Assembly (NCBI RefSeq): GCF_963921235.1
Contig: NC_086109.1
Span: forward strand, 28,522,001 to 28,586,000
Source: Mobula hypostoma
Lineage: Eukaryota
Length of the DNA stretch: 64,000 nt
Direction of reading: 5' to 3'
Part shown: positions 26,769 to 39,069 of the stretch, piece after piece
How the letters are laid out: each line of letters starts with the position of its first letter
Position numbering within the stretch: the stretch's first letter is position 1
Made by a program: the position numbers and the translations under genes
Notes under the pieces: model-generated
The model's database searches: none
What the model was told of the DNA's origin: nothing
Seen by the model: only the letters and a program-made list of their open reading frames with translations

Positions 26769-26806
26769 CAGTTGACGTTTCGGGCTGAGACTCTTCATCA
26801 GAACTG
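26769..26806 (-). ncRNA. Minimal hammerhead ribozyme motif at the 5' end of a ~121-bp insertion (26683-26803)
   Basis: Minus strand CAGTT-CTGATGA-AGAGTCTCAGCCC-GAAAC-GTC-AACTG; perfect 5-bp stem I; insertion flanked by ctggtca (26676-26682, 26804-26810). Confidence 0.78.
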
Positions 26807-27135
26807 GTCAAGAGGTTCAGTTCTTGTTCAGACCAAACATCAGAATGGGGGTTTGAGCCAGATGGAGCCAAACACTGCTGATCTCCTGGGATTTGTACTC
26901 GCAACTGTCTCTGGAGTTTACAGAGAATGGTGCAATGACCAAAAAGCAATCCGGTGAGCAGCAATTCTGTGGGCGAAAATGTCTTGTTCATAAGAGAGGT
27001 CAGAGGAGAAAGGCCAGACTGGTTCAAGCTGACAGGAAGGTGACAGTAATTTAAAGAGCATCTCTGAATGCACAAGACTTTGAACCTTGAAGAGGATGGG
27101 CTGCAACAGCAGAAGACCACAAGCATACATTCAGT

Positions 27136-27176
27136 TAGTCCTGATGAAGGGTCTCGGCCTGAAACGTCGTCGACTG
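27136..27176 (+). ncRNA. Minimal hammerhead ribozyme motif at the 5' end of a 107-bp insertion (27136-27242)
   Basis: TAGTC-CTGATGA-AGGGTCTCGGCCT-GAAAC-GTCGTC-GACTG; 14-bp direct repeat agcatacattcagt at 27122-27135 and 27243-27256. Confidence 0.8.
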
Positions 27177-28949
27177 CGCCTCTTCCTATAGATGCTGCTT
27201 GGCCTGCTGCGTTCACCAGCAACTTTGATGTATGTTGCTTGTAGCATACATTCAGTCGCTGCTTTATTAGGTCCAGGGGGTATCTAATAAAGGGATCACA
27301 GAGTGTATATTGCATTGCTATTTTAAAATAGATTGCTAAATTTGATTTGCCCTAAAAATAAGTGTGAGGATCCCAATGGGCATGTTTCCACAATACTGAA
27401 TGCACTGTGCAGCAGGTGACCGTTAAGCAGAATACAAGAAGCATTTCAACCTCATGCCGTCTGTTTTTACCCATGTTTGTGGTGATGCACTGACTGAAAA
27501 CTGCAGCAGTCCCGAAAATAATTGCCACCGAATAAAAGCTGTCGTGCATGGTGTGGAATGGAGACAGAAACAGATCGTCAGGTCTCTCAGAGGGGAATTG
27601 AACTGTAATTTGAGGGAACAAATGCAGTCTGACTGCAGTGGTCAGACAGTATTACTCTCCTTCGAACTTTCTGCCTGCAGGACTTCACAGCTAATGGGTG
27701 GCTTGACATTATCTTTAGAGATACTGTGGGATGTTGGAAGCTGTTGTACTGCAGCACGTCACTACAGAAGCAGCTGGAAGCAGAATCCTCATGTACCTCT
27801 GTACACGGAAGCAGTGATAAGATTTTCCTTTTGCAAACCATAGTGAATTGCTGGAATTCTCTGCCCTAGAGGGTTCACAAGAATACAAGAGCACAACAAA
27901 ATAGGAGGAGGAGTAAGCTACCAAACCCTGCTGTTTAACATGCTCAAGGCCAATCTATACTGTCTCTCTCCTGCGCTATTTTCCCAGGACTTCTCAGTCT
28001 TTCAAATTTATATTGCCATCTTAAGTACTTTCAGTGAGCTAGCTTCTGTGATCTTCTGTAGTCCAGAATTTCAGAGATTTACTACCCTCTGAGAGATGGA
28101 ATTTCTACACACCTCAGTTTTAAATGATTAGCCCCTTTTGTGAAATTGTGGAAACTAGGTCAATAAGAATATTTAAAACACAGGTAGATAAATTATTAAA
28201 AGATTGGGGAATTGAGGGCTCAGGAAGAACTGGTGCAGAAGAAGAGCTGAGGCCAATGTTTATCAGCTAAGATATGATGAATAGTAGAGTTAATTTGAGA
28301 AACTAAATCCTATTTTCTCCAGGCTCCTACTTTCTTGTGATCCCAGTGCAAGGAGATTAAACTGAACAACTGCTATGTGATGCTTGTGGATGTCTTGACC
28401 TTCATTTCAACAGCTTCCCTTCACTGTTTCTGTTTCCATATTTAAAGCTCATTGAGGAGCAGGTGAGCAGGTCCAACATACAGTGCCTGAATGCTTCTAG
28501 TTTCCAGGAGCATTTACTGTACTTCCCGAAGTTATGGTGCATCCAGATTCAGGTTCATTTGTTTTTTTAAAATATTTGTTTCATTGAAAAGTTTTATTTG
28601 TGTTGGCAACCAACACAATCTAAGGATATGCTGGGGGTAGGCCACAAGGACCGCCCAATATTCTGGCGCCATTATACACAGAAAACAACACAAAAGACAA
28701 CAAACAGCAAAACAGGCCTAGTTCCTCCCTCCCATCCGTCCACGCACACACACAGACCTCCAATCCCAGGATAGGCTGTCTCTGGGTACCAGCATCCAGC
28801 AAACCCATCAATTCACGGACGCTGGGGCTTCGACTTCCCAATGGACTCAGAAGGCTTTGACTTCTGGACTTTCTGTCAACTTATGGGCTTTGATCTTCAG
28901 TACCATCCCCAGGACTCACTGATGATAATGAAAGGGAACCCTGAAATGA

Positions 28950-29165
28950 AGACCCCAAACTCCACACTTCAACTCCGGACCGCTGATATCCGAGATCCCA
29001 AACACTAGGCCTTGAATGGCAGACTCTCTGATGACCAGGACTCTGAACACTAGGCCTTAAACACTGGAACCTCTGATGATGGACCTAGAGCACTAGGCCT
29101 CCAATACCAGACTCTCCGATGATGGGACCCCAGGTGCTCGGACTTGAACTCTGGCCTTGCTGACT
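28950..29165. repeat. Degenerate ~43-45 bp tandem repeat (about 5 units)
   Basis: cactaggcct recurs at 29003, 29048, 29091, each followed by ...ctc(t/c)gatga. Confidence 0.7.
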
Positions 29166-30199
29166 CATGTACCTTGGAATCTCCATCATTCATACCTCCT
29201 GCCTACATAGAACTCCAATACCAGAACTTGTTGATAGCTCACTGATCTCGGTGGGGTACACCAGCCTTTTCTCATCCTCACTGGTTTGCCAGCCCAACAT
29301 CTGATTGCAGATGTCCTTCATCCACATCAGGGTCACTGGCCTGCTGGCTCATAACACGGAGAGTGGAGCTGAGTACTAGATGCCAGCCTGACCCCTAACT
29401 CCCCCACATCCCTGTACCTAATCTGACCCCTAATTCAGCCTAATGATCTAGCATCTTCCAGTCCTCTCAGTTAGATCTTTTCTTTCTCCCTGTCCCCTTT
29501 GCTTCAGCACTAACTGTCATTCATTCAGTCACCTGTGGTGTCTGCCCCATGGCAAAACAGTCCATTTACTCTGTATTCATTTAACAATGCCATACATTAA
29601 CACCTTCCCAGTGCTGTGCCTGGCATGATTTATATCACAACAATATGTGCCACTGATGACGTTTTAAATTATTTTGTTTACTGGTGACTTCACAATGTTG
29701 CTATCTTGATGTCACCAAAACTACATCTAATCTGGCAAACAGAGTGTGGAAACATTTTGTATTTCCAAGTAATAGTGAGAATAAATCTTTTGCAATATGT
29801 ACTATAGCCAGAGCATACAGGAGAACTTCCCAATGCTTTAGGAGAGCAATGTTTGAAAATGTTACGATCTGACTCCATGATGTACCCAAAGTGTTTCCCA
29901 AGTTATTAATAATGAATAGTTTTGCTGTGTGTTCATTCAATAATGCCATGAAGAGTTCCCAGTGTGAGGGAGCGAGTGAGTCACTTTAACCTTGCCAGCA
30001 TGCTTATGTATACACAAATTGTGCATGAAAGATTGCTGCAGCAATCATTTCTAGGTCAATAAAGGGTCATCATGAAATTTGATAAGGGACACTTGGGTGT
30101 GATTCTCCATCATATGTTCACATTTGCATAGCATTAAGTGGACAGCTGGTAACCTTTTAGGTTGTGAAGCATAGAAAGTGGAACTTTAGTGGAAACATA

Positions 30200-30530
30200 T
30201 CACCTACGGTAGCATAGAGGTTAGCGCAAATGCTTAACAGCGCTGTCCAGTAATCAGTGACCGGGTTTCATTCCCTGCCACTGCCTGTAAAGACTTTGTC
30301 TGTTCTCCCTGTGACTGCATGGATTTCCTCCGGGTGCTCCTGTTTCCTCCCACATTCCAAAGACCTACAGTTAGGGTTATTGAGTTGCAAGCAGACTATG
30401 TTTGCACCAGAAGCGTGGCAACACTTTGTGGGCGACCCAGCACAACTTTTACTGATATAATTTGGTGCAAGTGATGCATTTCACTGTATGTTTTGATGTA
30501 CATGCTGACAATTAAAACTAAAACTTGATC
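30200..30530 (+). mobile_element. tRNA-derived V-type SINE
   Basis: A-box-like tagcatagaggtt, B-box-like gggtttcattccc, V-domain gttctccctgtgactgcatggatttcctccgggtgctcc. Confidence 0.8.
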
Positions 30531-30889
30531 TAAATTAGGCCTTATCACCATTTTCGTGCTCTCTCCAAAACAGCATTTGACTCTCTTGTACAATGAGGCA
30601 TGGTTAAAGATTCTGCATATCACGTTGATGTATTTCTCCCAGTTTTACTTTTCAGTGGTCAGTATTAGGCATTGCAGCTCTTTTATCTATAAATGCTTTA
30701 GGAGCTGGATGCTCCATGATCATCTCCATCTGCCTTTAATTTGGGGGTTATGATGCATAGAAATTGAGCAGGCAATACATGATATGGGGATTATCAACCA
30801 CACAGAGGAATACTGTGCTTCCACTCCTTCACATTCCCCCTCAATTCCATTGCAAACTCTCTGCCACTGTATTTTTGCTGACATGAAAC

Positions 30890-31850
30890 ACATAAGAACA
30901 TAAGAAATAGGAGCAGGAGTAGGCCATCTGGCCCATCGAGCCTGCTCTGCCATTCAATGAGATCAAGGCTGATCTGGCCATGGACTTATCTCCACCTACC
31001 TTCCTTTTCCCTATAACCCTTAATTCCCCTACTATGCAAAAATTTCTCCAACCTTGTCTTAAATACATTTGCTGAAGTAGCTTCCACTGCTTCATTGGGC
31101 GGAGAATTCCACAGGTTCACCACGGCCTGGGAAAAGCGGTCCCTCCTCATTCCCGTCCTAAATCTACTTGTCACTACATTCGGATATGGCCCAGCTGCGG
31201 AGGGAGAGACACTGAAGCAGGTTGATAGATCACAGGCTTTAGTGCGAACAGAGTTAGAGGGAAAGAAAACAATAAATGCTAGGCCAAACAGGCCCATTAA
31301 CTAAAACTTTTAAATGGAAAATGAAGCCAACACTGCGGCTAAAGGAATAACTAAATATAAGACTTATACTGCTAGTCCTCAGAGTCAGTTGACTTGACAG
31401 TCCACTTCCTCAGGCAAGGCCGAAAGTAAGCAGGCAGTGAAATGTTGCAGTGCTTTGCTCAAGTCTCGACAAAAAGCACTATGACGAAAATAATGGAGTT
31501 AAATACCATTCAAATAAAATTATAATTAGCTGACACGTGCATATTCACGAGCGTAATTGCTGTATCTGCGACACTACCGAATCTGTGGTTGTGACTCTAC
31601 TTCCCCGAATCTTGAGGCTATGTCCACTAGTTCTAGTCTCACCTACCAATAGAAACAACTTTCCTGACTCTATCTCCACTATCCCTTTCATAATTTATAT
31701 GTTTCTATAAGATCTCCTCTCATTCTTCTGAATTCCAGCAAGTACAGTCCTAGGCTTCTCAATCTCTCCTCATAGTCTAACCCCTTCATCTCTGGAATCA
31801 ATCTGGTGAAGCTCCTGTGCACCACCTCCAAATCCAGTATACCTTCTTTG
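30890..31850 (-). mobile_element. CR1/HER1-like LINE 3' part, interrupted by a solo LTR
   Basis: ORF 31688-31954: FTRLIPEMKGLDYEERL..LGLY.LEFRRMRGDLIETYK; tail cataagaacataagaa at 30890. Confidence 0.9.
31169..31596. mobile_element. Solo LTR (428 bp), 5-bp TSD ctact
   Basis: TGTCAC...GTGAC(T); ctact at 31164-31168 and 31597-31601; homologous to 36220-36669. Confidence 0.85.
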
Positions 31851-33299
31851 AAGAGAGTTCTTAAACCATGTATTTGCTTCCCATGGGTTAATATGGCAAT
31901 GATAGGGCAGCATAGAGCACTGCAGAGAGGAATTGCACAAGTCCTGCTTGTCACATTAACCTTTGTATTAAGAGCTATTTTTTGCCCTGTTATTTGGGAA
32001 GATTGAAGTGAATGATCGGCCTATGTTTAACACACTTAGTACAACAGAAATATAAATATTTTTTGTTATGCAATCCTCCAATACTGCCTTCAGGAATTTC
32101 CAGGTTTACTTCAAATTCAGAAACAGCATGATTCCAAAGTATGATTTGATGCTCATTAAGGAATCAAACCAAAAGCCTTTCTGAAGAGGTCTGTGTATCC
32201 ATCTAACTTCATTTGCTTCAGATGACAAGGCACGTAAAGCTATGATAATGATTGCTGTATGGTTCAGGAATAAGGCAGATAAAATGGAGAACACACAGTA
32301 AAATAAAGGCATTTTTCATCACCATTGAAATGTGTCCTCATTTCTTAAACAAACACAGTAAAACCAACAATTGGTTGCAAAGACAAAATTAGATTGAGCT
32401 AGCAATATTATAGAATAAAGCTGCAGATATCTGGGAAAATAATTGTGTAAGCAGCCTTTATCCTACTTATTCTTGCTTCTATTTCAAGTAGCTTCATCAG
32501 TTTTATGCAAAATAATCTATTTGCATCACATCAAATTAAAATTCAGGAAATTAGTTATTCTTTCCCACTCTTAAACTGCCCCCATGCTGCAGGCTGATGC
32601 AATTCAATAGGCCCCTTGTAAAAGTTACTACAGTTCATGCAAGCAAAGTATTTAGTCTTCTTTTATTGATCCATGCCTTCTTTCATTGATTTGACAAAAT
32701 ATTTTATTTCTGGAACCTTCTGTTTGGATGCATTTAGTTCCATCAGAAAACATTTCTAATTTATTACATTATTCTGTATCAAAAGCTTGAAGTTTTAATT
32801 TCGTACATTTTCTGTCCAGTTCATTAGAGATTTTTTCTTAGTTTTTAAATAATGTTTATCAAAATTGCGTGTTAATTATTTAATCAAAACTCACCCAAGA
32901 AATAAATAGTCTTTTGATCTTGATAAAGTGCAAAATTAAAATATCAGACTGTGCTAGGTTTTAACTGAACTGCTTCTTCAAATAGCATCATTTTCTTTCA
33001 TGTAATCATGAATACACTTTGTTTATCACTCATGGGGACAGTGGGCAGTGACAGAACTGATAGAACTGTTCCCTCACATCTTTGGAAACCCAGACTCAGT
33101 CCTGAACTTGGGTGCTGTCTGTGTGGAACTATTATGTTTTCCCTGTGACCCATGGGTTTTATCAGGAGATCCGGTTTCATCTCACAGCTGTTAGGTTTAT
33201 TGGGCACTGTGAATTGTCCCGAGTGGTTCACTGGATGATTGTATCTGAGGGGAGTTGATAGAAGCATGAAGAGAATTTTTAAGAATGGGATTATCATAG

Positions 33300-33785
33300 T
33301 TTCGTATTCTGGAGTTATGGTATACGTGTATAGCAGATATTAATTTCAACAGCAACCAGTTTTCAAACCTGAAAATGGATCGTAGATTGTTTAAAATGCA
33401 GCTCAGAAAACTGGTGTCCTTGGATCTGCAGTGTGGGTTCGATTACAAACAAAGAAACACTCCATTTGACCTGAGATGCCTACATATGCATGAAAGCAAC
33501 CCAGAGCCAGTGGGGATTAACATTCATTTTGGATGTCTGGAGTGTTGATGTGAAGATCGAGGTGATTGAAAATTATATGCAATTCAAAGGAAATATTGTG
33601 GATACATTGTAACTATAGAATTGTCCTGCCATTACTTTTGAACTTTAGCATACAAAAATGTCATGTAATATTAGATCAGGGAGACTCTTCTAAGAGTGCC
33701 TCCATGTGATGCCTGCTCATGCGCTGAATAAAAACTTCTACATCACCAACTTCAGTGTCTCCTAGTAACTTTGTTCCCAGTCACA
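33300..33785 (+). mobile_element. Possible old solo LTR inserted in the tail of the SINE at ~33030-33830
   Basis: AATAAA at ~33727, ends GTCACA, atag on both sides (33296-33299, 33786-33789); the 5' TG is not intact. Confidence 0.4.
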
Positions 33786-35374
33786 ATAGGTTCATACTAA
33801 TTGGGCTGAATGGCCTGTTTCTGTGCTTCATTTTAGTCTTACGGCTTTTTCACCACCATCATGTCATTGATCATCACTTCCCACAAACAAATGAGACTGG
33901 GCAGTAGTATATGTAAGCGTGACAGAAGTAAAGTGAATGGGAGCTTGAATTCTGCACGGTTTCCATATTTGGCTGACGCTGAGTTAAAATAAAAAGTTTT
34001 TCCGGGAAGACTATCAAGGATCTTTGGGGGAGAATATGCTCAGTAACACTGAGAATTTCAAGCTCTTAATTGTTTTATCTATGCAGTTTCTGATAAATAA
34101 CATGACCCATTATTACTGGCAACATATTCTTTAAAGGTCAGGGCAGATTGAAGCATTTTTATTATCCCCAAAAGTAATGACATAATATGTAATTTTTCAG
34201 AAAAATATATTTTTAAAAAAAACAATTTGCTTGTTCTGGAATGTGTGGACGTGCTTCAAGTTTGAATACTTTACAAGGGATAATAGTGAAGGACAATAAA
34301 TGCTAGCTTTGGCAGCAATGCCCACATCCCATATATAGATAATTAATAAGAACATTGTCCTATGTAAAAATACCCCAGCTAGTAGATTCTGAAGCCAAGT
34401 AGTACAAACACTGTTTGAAAATCAAAAATGAAAATTCAGATGCTGGATCTCTGAAAAACCAGAAAATGTTCCAATTCTCAACTAATCATGCAGTATACAT
34501 AGAAAGAGAAACGATTTAGGTGTCATGTCTATCATCCTTTGTGAGAAATGATAAAAGGTCTTTGACCTGAAGCATGAACTCTGTTTCACCTTCTGCAGTT
34601 GCTGCCTGACCTGATTATTGTTTCCAATATGTGCTGTCTTCACTTGATACTGATTTAGAAGTATTGAGCAAGCAACCTTGCATTGTTAGTTATGTGACTT
34701 GATATCTCAATTACTCGAATATGAAGGGAGATTTTATAAACTAGTCCCACCTAACCAGTTTGAAAAGGACATTTGTTTAAGAGGAAGAACTAGCTAGTAT
34801 ATTGCTTCATCTTGAATTGTGAAAGTTGGCGTCAACTGAAAATGGTGTTGGTAGCAGGGAAGATTGCACTAAGTAATTTATTTTTCTAATCCTTTCCACC
34901 CAAACTCAAGGCTATGTTGGAATCTGGGGGAGGGTTTGGGGTGGAGACGGGGATTTATAAAACAGAACCCAATCCAATATATCCAGTTTTTACAGTGGTA
35001 ACCAGCGAACAGAGGCCAGGAGTTGAAAACTAGGTTATTTTTCTCCTCTTGTGGACCAGGGTCCAATGATAACAGTTTCACTGTTGACCAGAACTGACAA
35101 GCTTACCAAAAGCGAAAGCTGGATCTTTGAGCCTCTGTGGGTTCACATGGCACCAGATACTGCCTTTCTGACATTGATTATGCCACAGTTGGACAGCTTT
35201 TAATGCTTCTTTCTCTCAACTGCATTGTCAAGAGTTCAATGCCGACTGCCGGTGCCGTCTGAATGGAATTTGCTTGTTACCCCTGCGATCACATTGAGTT
35301 TTGCATGATCTCCTCCATCATCCCAAAGACGTGCTGGTTGACCATTGTAAATTACCCAGTGGTTTAGGCAGTCG

Positions 35375-36190
35375 AATCAGAATCGGATTTAATATCACCG
35401 ACTTAAAGTGATGTGAAATCAAGTTGCTTTGCAGCAACAGTACAGTGCAAAATTACTGCAGATTACAAAACTAAGTAAATAAGTAAGCAGAGGGGAAGAA
35501 GCTATTTCTAATGAGAATAATGAGAAGAAGGCATGCTCTGGATGGTGAGGACTCTCAATGACAGATACCAGTTTTTGAGGTATAACCTCTTGAAGATGAA
35601 CTCAGTGAAAGATGTGGCTGAGTTTTCAACCTTCTGCAGCCTCTTGTGTGCCTGCGCATACCTGGCTATGATGCAGCCAGTCAGAATGCTCTCCACCATA
35701 CACCTGTAGAAATTTGTAAGAGTACCTAGTGACATACCGCCTCCTCAAAATCCGTGTGAAGTGTTGTTGCTGGTGCGCCTTCTCCATGGCTGCATCGATG
35801 TGTTGGACCAGGTTAGATCCTCCAAGATATTAAAGCCCTGAAATATAAAGCTGCTCAATTTTTCCACTACTGACCCCTCAATGAAGACTGTTGTGTTCTC
35901 TCTCAGCTTTCCTTTCCTGAAATCCGCAGTCAGTTCCTTGATATTGCTGTTGCAACACCATTCAACCAGCTGATCTATCTTATTCCTGCACTCCTCCGCG
36001 TTGTCGTCTGAGATTTTGCCAGAGGTATCATTGGCACGTTTATAGAAGGCCTTTGAGCTGAGCTTAGCCACACATTCATGACTGTTGAGAGAGTAGAACA
36101 GTAAGCTATGCACATCCTTGATGTGTGCCAGTGTTGATTGCCAGCAAGGAGGAGATGTTATTACTGATCTGCACTGACTGTGCTTTCCTG
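35375..36190 (-). mobile_element. Rex1/Babar LINE, degenerate 3' part
   Basis: INTGTHQGC, IDQLVEWC, ELTADFRK, EDLTWS, TLTNFYRCMVESILTGCI; (GAATCA)n tail. Confidence 0.85.
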
Positions 36191-36219
36191 AACCGAAGGG
36201 GCATTGACAGGCATGTAAG

Positions 36220-36669
36220 TGTCAGGAGGTTCATATATGCCCCAAGTGTTGAGAGAGAGGCACTGAAACGGGTCAATAGTTTGCAGGCTTTAATGTGAAC
36301 CAGATTTTGAGGGAATAGAAAACAATAAATTCTAGGCCAAACAAGGTCATTGACTAAAACTCTCAAGTGGAAATCTAGATGCCAACACCATAGCTGAAAG
36401 GAATATCTAAATATAAAATGAATACCATTAGTCTCCGGTGTCAGTTAACTTGATAGTCCACTTTCTCAGGTAAGGCTGAATGCAAGTAGGCAGCTTAATG
36501 TTGTTGTGCTTTGCTCAAGTCTTGACAAGTGCTACAATGAAAAGAAGGAAGTCAAGTATTCTCATAACGATTCAATAATTAGCTGTCATGTGCATATTCG
36601 CGAGCGCAATTGTCGAATCTGCTGCGCAGCCTGCTTGCAGACCCTACAGCAGAGTCTGTGGTTGTGACA
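36220..36669. mobile_element. Solo LTR (450 bp), 5-bp TSD gtaag
   Basis: TGTCAG...GTGACA flanked by gtaag at 36215-36219 and 36670-36674. Confidence 0.9.
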
Positions 36670-38301
36670 GTAAGAGAATACATTACAGGGTACAGTAAAA
36701 TAAAAGGGGATTTAGACTGATGTCGTGCCTGCTTGGAAATAGCATTCATTTGATGGGCTGAATGGACTCTTATGACATAATAACTAAATTTAGAAGCACA
36801 AGAGGCTTCAAAGCCTGGACTGTGGGTAAAATAAAACACATAACCAAGCACATCAACAAGTATAGGTCCATAATAAGATTCAGTCTATTATTAGCTATCT
36901 CTTCCATGAAGATCCTGCAGTTAGGTGGTGCAGTGGTATAGCTAATAGAGCTGTTGCCTTGCAACTCCACCTACCTGTGTTCAGTTTTGAGCTCAGGAGT
37001 GTCTGTGTGAAGGTTGCATGTCATCAGTATGACCACGTGGGTTTCTGGCAGAGTTCTTTAGTTTCTTCCCAGATCCCAGAGATCTACAGGAGCATTGCAT
37101 CACTGGCCACTTTATTTAGCCCCAGCGCGGAAGTGATTTGTCGGATTGGAGCAGAGTTGATGGGAATGTGAAGAGAATAAGTACAAAGCAAAATGAGTGT
37201 CAGCTTAATGTAAGTGAGAGTTTGAATGTCAGAACTGACTCAAAGGGTAGAAAGAGCTGTTTCAGTGATATATAACTTTATCATTCAAATTTCATCTCTC
37301 CACCATCCATCCTGCATTCTTAGTTTCTTAACAGTCTTATGATCCTCAAAAGTAACATCTGAAAGATAAATATTTCCCCAAAGCAGACACCAGACAATTC
37401 CATCTCCCTGCTATTTTGGTCCAAAGCCTTATTTTCTTTGGAAAGAGTGCCTTGCTGGCCATAGTCAGGCAGCCTCCAAAGAAAATGGACAAGTCTAGGC
37501 TGCAGCAAGGAGCTGGCTGGATTGGTCAAATTCTAAGATGTATACATGGTGTTCATTGATATGTTCAGTGACATATATTGTCCACTTCAGAGGATTTTAT
37601 TTTTATTTGCTTTCATGTATTGTGTCTGAAATTAGCAGGGTAACTTTTCTCATGGCCACCAACCAAAGGTACAACAGACATGTGAGGGCCAGGAAAGTTT
37701 CCTTGGCTGCATAAAATCCCAATTAATTTTCTCCATCCTTTGTTGCTAGATTACGAGCACTGAATCTGGGACTTCTACCAGATTATGATAGTGAGGCAAA
37801 TGGTCCAATACTCATTTTTCTCAGATAGGTGAACAGTCTTTTCATAGAATCATAATAGTAGGAAGGAGGCCATTTGGGCCATCAAGCCCATGCCAGAGCA
37901 ATGCAAAGGAAATCTCATTAAATCTGCTTTTTCACCTGAACTTTGCATTTTCCCTCACTACATTTTTTGTACTACTTATGTAACTATTTAATATATATAT
38001 ATATTAATTCACAGTATTTTCTCTAACTATTATGTATTGCATTGTACTGCTGTCGCAGTTAACATTTTAACGATATATGCCAGTAATATTAAAACTGACT
38101 ACTGTATAAAGATATTTATCCAATTTCCTTTTGAATGTTTCAACTTTGCTGTAATATTCATCTTTGCAATACATTGCGGATCCTAAGCATTCTTTGTATT
38201 TTAAAAACTCTTGTATTAAAAAAAAGTTCTTGTCGATCACCTTAATTCCTTGTTCTCCATTTCTTCCACCATTGGAGATAGATCCTTTGTGGTTATGTTG
38301 A

Positions 38302-38517
38302 CACAAGGAATTCTGCAGATGCTGGAAATCCAGAGTAATGCACATAACATGCTGGAGAAACTCAGCAGGTCAGGCAGCATCTATGGAGAGGAACGGAGTT
38401 GATATTTCTGCTGAGACCCGTCCAATGAGGGTCTCATCCTAAAACATCTATTCTCTATTCTTCTCCGTTGATGCTGCCTGACCTGCTGAGTTCCAATAGT
38501 ATTTTTTATGTGTTGCA
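38302..38517. mobile_element. Palindromic head-to-head pair of Penelope terminal fragments
   Basis: aactcagcaggtcaggcagcatc (38359-38381) mirrored by gatgctgcctgacctgctgagtt (38470-38492); centre tgagaccc...gggtctca. Confidence 0.8.
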
Positions 38518-39069
38518 TTGTTCTGCCTATAGTGTCTAGACATTGTAGATTTTGATTATCTTTATTAAATCCTCTTATTAATCTCCTGAGAACAACCCCA
38601 GCTTCTTTGCATTACTAAAGTCCTCCATTCCTTCTACACTCTCTCTGAGTCCTTCACATCTTTGCTGAAGAACACTGCTTGCCTAATTAAAATAACCAAG
38701 ACTGATGGCTTCATGCCTCAGGCCTCACAGTGATCACATATAGGACTGAAAATGGGACCAACAGGCATTTTAATTCCAACAAGTTGGTCAACCAATTGGA
38801 TAGAGCAGTGTTAAACAGGTGCACCTTTCAGTGGTTTGTGTTGATGTATGTGGTTATAATGTCTCCATCCAACATCACTAAGTAAAGGAGTCTCATAAAC
38901 ATACAAATATTAGGCTTACTGAGGAGCTGACTATTGGCAACAAGCTGACAGCAAGTTAAGTTCTTTGGTCAAATGAAAATTTAAAATTAGCTCAGGGACT
39001 GACTGAATAACCTTCTTAAAAGTTTAATTAACTTGTCTTTGCAGAAAGAAGCCTCCAACCCCAGTAGTT

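Larger units (their letters stand above)
26581..27307. mobile_element. Tc1/mariner-derived element carrying two nested hammerhead mini-elements
   Basis: cactttgttaggtacacc ... tatctaataaagggatcacagagtgta; internal sequence is the reverse complement of 10700-11125. Confidence 0.75.

Noticed and set aside
28950..29165. CRISPR-like repeat-spacer array
   Set aside because: Eukaryotic context, no cas genes, and the intervening sequences resemble each other, so it is a tandem repeat
30122..30129. Octamer ATTTGCAT as an immunoglobulin-type promoter
   Set aside because: No leader, V segment or recombination signal nearby; several octamers are expected in 64 kb of AT-rich DNA
30200..30290. tRNA genes at SINE heads (also ~36925 and ~51090)
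   Set aside because: Only decayed A/B boxes fused to SINE bodies; no cloverleaf
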